NCBI GenBank assembly: GCA_964234715.1
Contig: OZ174280.1
Length of the DNA stretch: 64,000 bases
Strand: one strand, 5' to 3'
Origin: Podarcis melisellensis
Taxonomy: Eukaryota
Part shown: positions 9,691-22,505 of the stretch, piece by piece
How the letters are laid out: every line of letters begins with the position of its first letter
How positions within the stretch are numbered: the first letter of the stretch is position 1
Made by a program: the position numbers and the translations under genes
Notes under the pieces: model-generated
The model's input: only the letters and a program-made list of their open reading frames with translations
Told to the model about the DNA's origin: nothing
Database searches by the model: none

Positions 9691-10693
9691 TTATTATTTT
9701 ATTTACAAAAATAGCTTTGGATTTTTTTTTAGGATTTTATATAGCTGGTAGTTCAAGTGCACCGAATAGTTAATCTCGCTCTTAATTGCATATGTAGTTT
9801 TCCTATTTAAAGACTTGCAAGTGGGTTTCCTGTTAATAACGTTTGCGAGGGAAACCGGTTTATAACAGCCGCGTGGGTATGCTAAAAGCGGGAAGGAACA
9901 TTTGCCCTCTAAGTTTAAAACAACATCCCGGCCGCCTACCTCCCGGGAAAAGAAAGGAAGAGACATCAGGGAGGGCCTGGTGCAAAGACACGCGCCATTC
10001 CAAGCAGCACGCTCGTGCAACAGATGTACAATAGCGTGGAGAGTTAGAAATGACGGGCTTTTGGTGAGACCCAAGAGACAGGACCTCCTCGCTGGCGGCA
10101 AATAGCAGCTGCATGGAAAATACTCTTCCAATATAGATACTCCCCCCCCCCTAATTTGTGTTTATTTGTACTTTGTATTTGTAAAACCTAATAAAAATGA
10201 TTTATGAAAAATAAATAAAAATGAAATACTTTTCCAGTGCAGAGCGGTCAGTCTTCTTCCTTGCTATTTTCCAGACAAAAACTGATTTTTAAAACAAAAT
10301 CCCCCCCCCCGGCTTTCAATGTTCAGTTTCGCTGCTGTTTGGAACTGGCTTTCCGTGGTTTGCTGCTTTTCTGTGGTGCTCTCGAATAAACCACCAACCA
10401 GGGAAAGATCATGAAACATCTGCGCTGCAAATAGATCGGTACCCAGTTCTAAGCTTCCCACACCGAAAGCACCCCATTTACACCAACCACATCAGTGGGC
10501 ATAGTCGTTTTGTAAACGTGGTTGGGAGGCCCGTTAGGACAGAAGAAGAGGAAAAATCTGAGCTGTCACAACAAACCTATATTCAAAGTCCTTTTAAGAG
10601 GAAGTGTTTTGCGAGCGATTCACAGCAGATAGTTCCCACGGGCGGCCCCGAGGTTCCTTCGGCCTTTCCAATGAGATATTTGAGGGGGCTGAA

Positions 10694-11106
10694 CAGGGCC
10701 GGATTTAGGTTTGATGAGGCCCAAAGCTACTGAAGGTAATGGGGCCCTTTATATGTCCAGCTGTCCTTTGTCAACAACAAATTGTCGCTGTTTTTTGTGT
10801 TGAATATATGCTATTTGGTAATTTATGGACCTAATAGGTATCTAAAGCCATTTGCACATAAAATATGTATTTAATCAAAGCAATTGTTGAACTGAAACAC
10901 ATTTAAGAAGTATATTAATAGTGAAATAATTATTAAGCTCTAACGTAAAATGATTGGGGGCCCATTGCTTGCATCATAGAAGCCTACACAACACGAAACA
11001 CTTGCTGTATGTAGGTTTTGTTTTATTTTATTATCAAATATTTTGCCCCCCCCCCCCAGAGTGGGGCCCTAAGCTACCCTATATCTTATACGCAAATCTG
11101 GCACTG
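10694..11106. mobile_element. Non-autonomous hAT-like DNA transposon between the two promoters
   Basis: Imperfect TIRs CAGGGCCGGATTT / AAATCTGGCACTG; AT-rich interior with repeated GGGGCCC subterminal motifs; 8-bp TSD not clear. Confidence 0.65.
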
Positions 11107-11179
11107 GGAACTGCCCCCGCTGAGTTGATGTGCGTCGTCATTCAAATAGTGTGTATGCCATGTGATCGATTATGTGGGG

Positions 11180-11776
11180 TGGGGCTTAATCGCCCCCCGC
11201 CCAAATTCAAGTGGTTCGCCCCCTGGAGTGGTCTGAGCAGGTGGTGCGGCCTAGTCCTTCCCAGAGCGAGCCTAACCCGCGACTACTCAGAAGCAATTCC
11301 TGCTGAATCCAACGCGCCTGACTCCCAGGCCAACGACCTTAGGCTTGCACCCTAACCCTTGGACCTCTTTCCCTCCGGCTACGCCGTTTCCTATTGTTCA
11401 AAATTAGGCGGGCTTTTGTTTGTTATGGTCGCGCGGCCTGTCACGCGGCCGCGGCTGGCGCGCCAAGAGGCTCGCGCGGCCTTCGAAAGACGCGCGCGCC
11501 AGCAGCAAACGGCCTCTTTCTCCCGGGCGCATCTTTCAAGCCGCCTCAGGTGCGCGGGAGCCGGAGGCCGGCGCGGCGGAGGCAGCTGCGGTTGCTAGGC
11601 AGCGAGGTGTGGGCGGCGCGAGGCGGGCAGGGGGCGGGGCTCCCGCATCCCATCTCCGCCTGAGAGCGCTGCTTGCTGCTGCTCTTGCCGCCGCCGCTGC
11701 ACCTGTGAGTCGGTGGCCGCCTCATCCAGACGCGCGGGGAAGCTGCTCGGTGCCTCGGGGCTGCTCCTGCGCCACG
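11180..11776 (+). promoter_or_regulatory. ELAPOR1 CpG-island promoter/5' UTR
   Basis: Very high GC/CpG content; GGGGCGGGG at about 11631; X-box-like GTTGCTAGGCAGC at 11591-11603; good Kozak context (gccacgATGG) at 11777. Confidence 0.7.
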
Positions 11777-11953
11777 ATGGCTGGGGCCGCTGGCGGTGTC
11801 CATCCTTCTCGGCCGGATACAGCTGGGTGCTGGCGGTGCCTCCCCGGTGCCGAGCTCGGGCGGAGGCGCCTGCCGCTTCTGCTGCTTTCTCTGCTGTTGC
11901 TGCTTTGGGCAGGCGCCGCTACTCCGGGAGAGGAGCTGCACGCCTGCAAAGAG
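11777..11953 (+). CDS. ELAPOR1: ELAPOR1 exon 1 (signal peptide)
   Basis: MAGAAGG...[28 protein letters not shown]|gtaccg; 177 nt. Confidence 0.9.
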
Positions 11954-14900
11954 GTACCGGCGGGGAAGAGCAGGGGGTTTTCATGTCCTGGAGCAGAGGA
12001 GGGGGCGGGTGTCTAAATTTGAAACGCCTTAGAAAAAACACTTGGCTTCAATCAAATCAAATTGTGTTGACTAGAATAAAACTCGACGCCAAAGTAGTCT
12101 GCGATGCTCGTGGAGCAAAAGGCACGCTAGAAGAGCATTGTTTCTTCGGCATCAATGAATGCTGGAGCCCTAGGAAGGGTTGGAGCAAGGCAGGCACACC
12201 TCAGAAGTGCACTGGCTGCCTTTCCCTAGGGGTCTTGTGGGGGCCAGTACACTACCTAGCCAGCATGCTAACAACAGCTTGCTGTGAGCAAAACCTCCTT
12301 GGAGGGCTGGCAGGCCGTTTGTGGGAATGTTTAAATGGGGGCTGGAGAGGCTAACTTCAAGCCACCACCAGGGAAGGTGGGGGAAATCTCTAGTTTTCCT
12401 AGAACAGGCTGAAGCCAGGGCAGTACTGTAGTGGGTAGCTATTTTCATTGTTGGATCGTTACCCTCCATGTTTCCTATATGCTGGACATGGTGCTCTTTT
12501 TGTTGTTGGTGCCTCTTAGTGACCCATTCCAGAGAGTAGCCTCTGTTTTAGCAAAAAAAGGTACATTTATGGGATGAACACACTTGGCGTGCCATAGGCT
12601 TACACTTTGATCAGTTTTAGTCTTTAAGATACCACAGGATTATTATTTTAGTAGCTATCAAACCAGATTACTTGTTCTAACTAGTTCTAAACTGTCCCTT
12701 AGGGACTTCTAGCACCACCACCACCTGCATTTCGCTTTAACTAAGGAGTAACGATAAAGACACATCTCACAAACCTGAAGAAGAGTGTTTGTCTGTCTTT
12801 AAATTGGAGGATCAGGGCTGTCTAACCTTCTGGCACTGTAGTACTCCCTTTCCTGCACCCACCCCCATTGACCGCTGACTGGAATCTACCTTGGGAAACT
12901 GACTGTTTGCTCCTTTCCCCCCCTCCTATGTAACATGGCAGGTTGCCTGCGAGTCAGATCGCAGTAACTTTCTAGTATGTCAACAAAGAGTGACTTTAAT
13001 TTCTCCTGTGCATGCCTGTTTTTCCTTAATGAAAACTGATATGAACAGTATAGACAATGGAAACAAAAATCAAAGACAATGAAACAAAGCAAAGGAAAAT
13101 TGCACATAAATAGCTGCCAGGTGCATGGGTATTAATACTTTTTAATCTCTGGTCATTGTACAGACCATTGTTACATTCCATTGGCTGAAATGGGTGAGGT
13201 AGTTCACCACACTTGCCATATACTTGCATTTGTGTGTTGTGTGTGCTTTTTAAAGATCTGGGAATGTCAAGGCTTTCTGAATTTAACTTGTAGTCTGTAA
13301 AAGTACATTTTCTCTCTTGCAATTTTGTTACTGGTTTGTCTTTTTTTTTTTTTTTGGTATCTTGTTACACCCAAAATTGCACCTGCAAAAAGCTGGTACA
13401 ACAGCCAGAATGCACTTTCATTCCATTTTTGTATGGCTTCTTGTACTGCATATATGCTGTTGGTGTAACTGTCTGAGCTCCACCCTTGACAGTTCTTTCT
13501 CTGTTAAGAACAAAGGTGGCCTTATGGATCAAACCAAACATTTATCTAATGCCATCATCCTGTTTTCCTTGAGTGACCAAACAAATGCCTTCTGGAAACC
13601 AACCAGCAAGACTTGAAGGCAAGAGACCTCACAACTGATTGTCCCTCAGCAACTGGTATTCTGTGGCATATAGTCTCTGGACTTAGGAATTCCATTTCGG
13701 CTATCATAGCCGTGGGTAGGGCTCTTCATTCTAATCCCTTCTTCAAAATGACCAAGAAATACCATTTTGATGTTTTAATTGCAACTTTTGTCTGTGCCAA
13801 AATGTAGCAATAATGGTGTTCTACTGGGGGTGCAGTGCTGTGCATAATTGTTTGTGCCAGCAGCTCCCAAGACTTAAACAATGCAAACAAAATTGATTAC
13901 TTTGGAACTCTTGAAAAGGAACTTGAGAAGAAACTAAAGCAGGCAGTTTGAAGTTACCATTATTGAGCCATCTGTTAGCAAAGTGAGTACCCCATAGGTG
14001 GCTGATTCCCCCAAATAACACCAGGAGCAGCAAACCTGCCCTCCAACAGTTCCCTCGGGGTCCAAGGGAGGCATAGGCCTCTGTTCCTAAGTGGTCATTG
14101 GAGGTGAGGAGGATGAATGTTCTCCCCAATTCTTTCTCCTTCAGATTTTGGTAGAGTGAGAAGCACGTGACTTCAGTTATGTGAAATGGCTGAATGATAT
14201 ATTTATAGAAGGCAAGCTGAGGTGTTCTTTGCACTTCCCCACCTCTTCACAAGCATGAATCTCAGGGAATGAATGCTGATTATCCATTCAAAAATGCCGC
14301 GTGGCCCATCCCTGCTAGAAGTCAATCTCATAGGTGTTGGTGGAACTTGCTCTAGCAGGAGGATTATTCTCACGGCCAAACAGTTAGAGACGAACCTGGC
14401 AATAACACGGCTTTAGGCCTGTCAGCCAATTAAATCATGTTTCGTTGATTAATCAACTGCCTTTTAACTGAAGGTTGAATCTAGTCATACTCAAGAGTAG
14501 ACTCTTTGAAATCAAAGGATTTAAGTTACGGTAGTCTTGCTCAACCAATTACACAAAGAGTAAGCTGAATGACCCACTCAGCCAAAGGCAACCCAACAGC
14601 CAGATATTTGACTACCCTCACATTTTTGCCATCCCAGGCAGGTAGCAAAACATCCCTCCTCCCTGAGATGCAGTGGGGCTTATTTCACTTTATTTATTTG
14701 CTCATCTTTCCAGGAGGCCCACGGCTACCATTTTAAAGTATCATACCTTGAGGCAGTTTATCACACTAGTACATTGCATATGTAGCACAGCCATGAAAAG
14801 AAACCTCACAAACACAAACTTGTCTAAACTTATATATAACACAACCCTTTCTGCAGTCCAGTTTCAGGCAGCTCTTGTGACTGAGGGGGAAAATTACCCA

Positions 14901-17900
14901 GGGGTGAGCTAAAACAAGATCACCTCTGGGTGTCCAGAGTAAAGATAGAGCAAGCAAGGTGGGAGCTTGTGACAGTTAGTTGCCACTCACGAATTCAGAA
15001 GCTGGAGTGTGGGTGGTGCTTTTTGCCTCCCTTCTCATAGAATGGAATCGTGGTGCTGAAGAGTTTGCAGCAGCAGTGGGAGATCTCTGGCTCATGGGCC
15101 TAATTATGCCCACCAGGCCATTTAGGGAAAAAACACGTCAGCCAGTTAATCACCTGGCATCATATGATTTGAGGTGCTGCACAGGTAAAGTTGAGATGCC
15201 AGCTTGAAAAGGAAGACTCAGGAGTGCTCTCTTATGGGTGCTCCTGATTCTTGCTTCCCAGCCTCTGCTTGAACTGGGCGCTCTCTGAATCCAGCACCCT
15301 TTTCTGTTGCCCTGCATAGCAACAGAAAGTGCCAGGTTCAAAAAGCGCCAAACTCAAGCTGACTAATTTCTCTATTTTTAACTTTTATTATTAATTCTGT
15401 GCATGTTTTATTTAAATGTATAATCTCCTGCAGCCTTCACTGGAGCAGTGTTTCTGGTTTTAATGTGCAGTGTTCTGGGGGATAGAGAAGGAAGGAATAA
15501 TAAATGTATTCAAGGGTAGAGTGTCGATGAAGGTTTTCAGAATATCAGCAAAATTAGCTCTGCCTTAGAAGTGACTAGATGCATTTCGGACAAACTGGAG
15601 ATTGGCATCAGGTTTGCTGTCCAGGCTTTGAAAGAGCAACTCCTGAAAAGGAAGCTGTTATGCATCCCTGGTTGGTAGAACATGGAGTGATATGTGATGA
15701 TTGAAATTAAATGTGGCTTCAGGTTTTAAATGTTAGCTCCCAACTTATCCAGGACCAGAGTCCAAAGCCGTGGGAGTGACTGATGGGGGTGGGGTCAGAC
15801 AAGCTTAGGAAAATTCCCTGCTAAAAGACTCATTGAATATACCGTAATGGACCGAACTCAACTGTGTGTGAAACTTAGTTGACTACCACCCTCTATTTTG
15901 TGTGTGTGTTAAGCAAGGATGGGAGGAGCCTTCAGCCCATTCATCTTATTGAGACATTATAATCGGGCTCCCATGCAGCTGCTATTTGCTGAAGTTTAAT
16001 AAAACTGGGATTCTATTTCTGCATCTCGTCTGGTCTGCTTTGGCCCTAGGCATTTTGGGCAGGTTGTAGCCAACCATTTGACAGAGGAGGAGGTACAAAA
16101 TAGTATGTAGCTAATTATAGGTAGTCTAAGAAATTCAAAATAAAGTTATGTCAGCTGTAATGCTGCATGCACTTTCTTTGGACTAAGTCCCACTGAGCTC
16201 AGTGGGGCTTACTTTTGAGTAAACGTGCATAGGATTGGAGCATTCATTCAATTAGCATTTTAAAGATATTCCCATTTTAATATTAATAAGCATAAGTACC
16301 AAGAGCTTGTCAAATATCCCCAAAGCTTTTGCATTCATTGCTCAGGAGCCTGGAAGCAGTTTTTCTTCTTAATGAGCAATTTGGTAGAATACCGCATGTG
16401 GGGTTTTATTTGTTATCTCTCCTAAAAGTGAAAGGCCTGCTAAAGGCTTACAGTGTAACCCTACCCATATCTATTTAGAAGTAAGTCCTATTGAATTCAG
16501 TGGGACTTACTCCCATGTAAATGAGATTAGGGCTGCATCCTTGGTGTTTTTCTTCTTTCAATATGAAAGCCCACCATCAAGGGAAAGGCCTTTGAGCAGA
16601 CAAAGCCTGACATTGTTAGGGACTTGGGTAAGTTGTGAAATAACATTGAAAAATGAGTTGGCATTTCATTCCAGTCATCATGTATAATTCCATGTCCCAC
16701 CCCTGGGGTACATATGAAGTGCATTTTCATATATGCAAGTGTTGCTCTTTCAGACCCCACCCACCAGAAAATCAGTGTGATCTTTGAGAGCACGGAGCAT
16801 GCTGAAACTCCTTCATCTCTTTGCATTTGCTCAGTGGGAACAGTAATAGCTGCAGAACAGAATAGCTGCATTTTTATTTAATTTATTCTGATATAGATCC
16901 TGACTATTGGCTCCAGGAGACTCATACCTGTTTTTTGCCTAAAGTAATTAGGATCAGTTGCTGCTGCTGCTTGGTACTTCTAGCTAGCAGTGTCGGATCT
17001 ACGAATTTTGCCAAAGGGGGCAAAAAGGAAGCCTGCCTGGGGCCCCCTACACCTCAACTTGGCAGGCAGGTGGGACCTCAAGTGCTTCCCCAGCCTCAGC
17101 CAGACAGTCTTGAAGGCAGCATCTTGCCCTCCTCCAACTCTTTGCAACACTGAGAAATGGTGGGTTGCTCTGCCATGGGAAATGGCGTGCAGGGATCGGG
17201 GGTGAGCAAAGACCCTGATAGGCAGTGATCAATGGATGGAGGAGCTGGTTTGCTTGAGGCTCTTTTTCCTCCTCTCCCCCTTCCCTGTTTTTGTATGGTG
17301 GAACCTCAACACACACACACACACACACAAGCTGGGAAGCTCTGACTCTGAGCTTGTCCTGGTCTGGTGGCCAAGTTCAGGTTCAGCTTCCCTAGCAGGA
17401 CTTGAGTAGCAGCAGAGGTGGATTTAGCCGAGCATGACTGCTTCACCTGCACAGAGTGTCGAAACAATGACTTAGAACGGAAGGCAAGAGGCTGTGTGTG
17501 TGTGCGCATGTGCTGAATTTCAGCGTGGCACAGGGCACTGCTGAAATTCGAAAGCCCAAAGTCTGCCATTGGGACCAGGCCCCTCTTTCTCTCCTTTGCG
17601 TCCCATCCTGCTTCAGCTTCTCATCTTCCTCTTCTTGGGGTGGGCAAGGAGGAAGGACTTTCTATAGCCACTCAGCAGTTTTTCCTCCCCGCTAACCTGC
17701 CACGCGGGGCATATGCTCCTTTTCACCACCCCGTTTAATTCAGGCCTGTCAGCTAATGCTTAGACAGATGCTTATGATGGAACAAAAAACCCCAAACCCC
17801 TAAACCAATTCCTTTTTGTATTACTCAATGGTCCCACAGAGGTTTGCAAAGTACTCTTTTTATGTCTTTGCTATAGGCAGCAAGAAATGGGATAAAACAT

Positions 17901-20900
17901 ATGTCCCTGTAGCTCAGTTGGAGGCAGAACACATGCCTTGCAACAGACCCTAGATTCAATCCCTGACATTTCCAGGTTAGGATGAGAAATACTCTTGTCT
18001 GAAGCCGCCTCTGTAGACCAGGAGTGGGGCCCTTGTGGCTCTTCAGATCTCATTGGACTCCACCCCACGCAGCATAACCAGTGGTCAAGGATGATGGGAG
18101 CTGTAGTCGAACAACATTTAAAGGGTCACAGGTTCCCCTCCCTGGACTAAGGCCAGATAAAACCTTAGACTATATCTCTGAATTAAGAGGACTCTTTTAA
18201 AGAAACAAAAACTGTTGTTTTTGCTTGCTTTTGTAGATTGTAAATATTGAGGTGAGACAAAAAGTGGTCTGTATTGGAAACACTGGTAAAAGCTCCTGCT
18301 GATGTATAGGACAATTACATTGAGAAATATTTGATTCTGCATTTATATGTCTTAATATCGCCCTTTTCACTGTACATCTTGTGCATCAATGACTTTTCAG
18401 CTTCTCCTCACTCTTTTATAGCCTTGGTCTAGTAAGGCAACTGTAATTGGTTATGTGCTGCAGTTATCACCCGTACACTGATGACTGTGTGTTTCCTCTT
18501 ACCGGAAGCCTGGACTTAGCTGAGGATGCCTAACTGCCCTTGCTTTACTAGATTTATTTGATATTCAGATAAACACCTGCATTTCACACCCCCACCCCCA
18601 TTAGCCTCACCATATGCTGTATGAGTAAACTCTTGAATATGTAAGTACAGTGGTACCTCGGTTTACGAACTTAATCCATTCTGGAAGTCCATTCTTAAAC
18701 CATTCTTAAACCAAGGCGCACTTTCCCTAATGAGGCCTCCCACTGCCGGTGCCCTTCCACCGTTCGGATTCTGTTCTTAGACTGAGGTAAAGTTCTCAAA
18801 CCAAGACACTGTTTCCGGTTTTGCGGAGTTTGTAAACCAAATTGTTCTTAAACCGGACTGTTCTTAAACCGAGGTACCAATGTACTGTGACTGAGGAGCA
18901 CTGGTTTCCTGCTTCTCTATTTCTGTGAGCAAAGCCCTCGCAGCTTCCCCACCCAACTGGCTATCTCACAAGAGAAAGATTAAAACTGTCTGACGGAAAG
19001 TTGGGAAAATCTGGGTCTTAATTTAAACCCTAAACGACTCCTCAGCCTGCCACCTTACTCGTGACTCCTCAGCCTCTCACCTTCCTCTGATAAAGTATCT
19101 CCCATTTACCTGTAAAATGTGACTTGAGGTCTGATTGGTCATTGGGCAGGAATCCCATGAAAAGGTACGCTAGGATCATTCCCTTTGTTCTTGCTTCCCC
19201 ACCTCGGGGCCTGTGACCTTTCTGCATCAGGGCCAGATAGCATTTTGCTATGCACTGGGAAGCTGACCATTCTTGCAGCTTACTCATAAGCAACTAGAAA
19301 TACAGTGCTGACTGGTTAGATCAGTTAGGGGTTTGAGCCACCGGGCTCTCATTTTGTTTATAGTATTCTGTTGAACATTTGCCTACTCCCCTCTTTCTTT
19401 TATTCTTAATAGAGTTTCATAACTTGACCACTGAAGTGTGTGCATTTGCCGACCTCAGGATTCTAGTCATCCCCATGCATCCAGACTGCTTGGAATTAAT
19501 GCTACAAGGAATTTAGGATCAGAGTTCTTATAGACTAGTACATTAATCTATCCTCTGGGAGACACCAGGAGCAGGGGATTGGCTGGAGGCACAAGGTGCA
19601 TTGGCCCGGGATCCCAGGATCTAATAGTTAATGGGGCATCCCTCCTTGTTTGGGGTGGCAGGACAGGCTGCAGACTGAAACAGGTGGTGGCAACCATAAA
19701 TCAAGAAGGCATAACTGGCTCCCTACTGGGCTGTTGAGTACCCACATACAAGGAAGGGGATCTGTTACATAGTGCTACTTCAGATTCTTGATCATGAGGT
19801 CAGTTTCTGTAGAGCTAAGAACATAGGAAGAGCCCTGCTGGATCAGCCTGAAGGTCCATCTACTCCAACATCCTGTTATCTCAGTGATGGTGCCTGTTGG
19901 AAAGTTTACAAGCAAGACATGAGCACTAGAGCAATCTCTGCACTCATATTCCTCGGTGACGGGTATTCAGAGACATGGAAGTAGCATACAGCTTTCATGG
20001 CTGTTTGCCATGGATAGCCTTATCCACCATGAATTTATCAAATCACCCCTTTAAAGCTGGTTGCAGCCATCACGATCACCATACTCTATTTATCTGCTGT
20101 GCGAATAAGTATTTTATTTTGCTGTTCTGAAATTTCCAACGTGCATCATCGTTGAGTGGCCCAAGGTTCTAGGAACATATTAGAGTGAGGAAAGCAAGGT
20201 AAAAAATTGTCGTCAAACATCAGGCTTATTAGTCTCATTCTGCCCCCGCAATGCTTCATCAGCTCCCTTACCTGTTCACCCCTTTCCACTAATAGCCAGG
20301 CTTGTCTTTCAGTTGGAGTTGTGTTTTTTTCTGGTCATCATTTTTGATTGGCTGCTTGTCCCACCTGCTTCCTCCTTCTCAGCTCTCTTCCAGAAGCCCC
20401 TCTGCCCTGTGTAAACGTTTCTCCTACACAAACTGACATTTTACTTCCTTCACATAATTTGCTGCTCAATTGGAACCTGCAGAAGATAAATGATAGCAAT
20501 TTATTTTCTAGGTAATGTGCCATTTTTCAAGCCGTAATCCCAGCTACTTCCCTTTTGGAACTATGTATATCACTGTATATTTACACTGCACCACCCTCTT
20601 CTGCTTTTTGAGATGACTCAGGTCCATATACCTCAATTAAAATCATTCCATTCTGTGGAAATCCTTATCCTCGTTTATAAAAGAAGCAGGAGGTCCTGGG
20701 CGCTATACTCATTTTTGCAGTGTGTGCTGCTTTTGTACAACTGGATTTGGCTTGCTGTCCTCAATCTTTAGACAAGCCACACTGCAGCTTCCAAACTCTA
20801 AATAGGTAAGAGTCTTGGAGCCTCAGGGGACTGAAAACCCCCTGGTAATTTATTTTAAATAATACAGGTATTTCCTAATTTACATCATTTTTCTGCATAG

Positions 20901-22472
20901 ATGTCAATCAGCAGTACTGTAGTGCTGATGTAACTTTCATGCTTTATGATTTTGTATTGCTGGCACATCCTTCCTAACATTTAAGTGCTGCTGGAACTAG
21001 TCTTTAGATCAGGTGTTTTGGCATAAAGAAGCTGAACTGAAAAGGCTGCCAATCACCGTTGCTATACATGCAATGTTTTATAATTTGCAAGTCTTTGACT
21101 TTGTAATGAAGAGCAGCCATGTAGTGGCTGCTTTTAAATCCAGGCACATGAGTGCTGCTCCTTGTGGGTGAGCATCACGTGCAGTCCCCATTGTGTACCA
21201 CGTTATTGCAAGACACAGAGGTGTGTAGCAGCCTGTAAGGCAAAGTGTTACAAATAACTGATGTGCCAACACTGGACATTCTGCATGAGACACCAGTTTA
21301 AAGTGCTCTCTATGTAATGTGTCTGCTTATCATTTGCATCCACGCTCAGAGCTTAGGTATGAAAAGGTATGGAGCCATAGCAAACCGGAGAATGGATCTT
21401 GCTGAATTCACTCTGTTGTGGTGTGTCATGGACAATAGCATGAACAGCCTAATTAGCACTCTTCTTTGTTTTAGATATGTGCAATTATTGCCTCATTAAT
21501 GAGGCACTGTCCTTTCCAGGATAATGTTTTATTGTTTGAGCTGAAGCCCCATAGCAATGAATGAACAATACAGATGACCAACTTAGCAACTGGCAAACGT
21601 GTGCAAGTTCGCCTGTTTCTTAAATGTTGTGCTGAAGTGCAACAATGGTTGGCTTGGTCTGCGGTAATTGTTGTTTCACCAGTAGATACTTATACATTCT
21701 GTGATATATCCACCTGCCCCACCTAGCCCCCTTGTTGCACAACACAGAGCTGTAACTTCCGTTTCTCACTTTAAAAAAAATTATCCACCCTGAAACACAT
21801 TGTAGTAATCCTACCACTATGGAGTTAAATTTAGAACCATTTGTATCCACATTTGGATTTTTCTTTTCAGTTCCTTTCAGTTTCTTCCCTGTGTATTCCA
21901 GCAAAAATTAGTCATTTTTCCTTAAGCCCTATTCAGATGTTTAGCTGAATGCATCAGGGCCCAAAGTGTGTGCATGACTGCATCTTCTCCTAACCTTTCT
22001 TTAGAGTGAATGCCTGAAGGGAGGATCCAGCTATATTCAACAGACACTAAACCTGTGGAGATTGGGAGTGAATATTGGGATAGGAGCAACACATGCTGTT
22101 TGGGCAGTGGCGGCGGGGGGGGGGGTACAGTGTACACAGCCTCCAATAGAATATTTAGGGGGAGCTGAACCCTCCCTATTTTCCACAAGTTGGCACCTTC
22201 CTCCCTTGGACAGCCACCTCCCTCCTAGCTGGACACCACCCTCTTTTACAGGCTTGTGTCCTCATGGTGAAGGAAGGTGGTGTGGAGGGAGGGGAGAAGT
22301 GAGGAGAGGCACACCCCCACCCCAATATTTTCTTCAAGTTGGCATCTGTGACCAGCATCTTGTGCACCTATTCACCACAGACCCCTTGCTAATTTCTTCT
22401 TGTAGAGACAAGAAAAGGGTGGTTTTGACCTTTGTAAAATCCAGTTTGCAAATATCTCAAGGTAGTGCATGC

Positions 22473-22505
<33 letters not shown>

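Noticed and set aside
11420-12354. Long ORFs (198 aa, 213 aa) over the ELAPOR1 CpG island
   Set aside because: GC-rich, stop-poor sequence with non-ATG starts; only 11777-11953 is the real exon.
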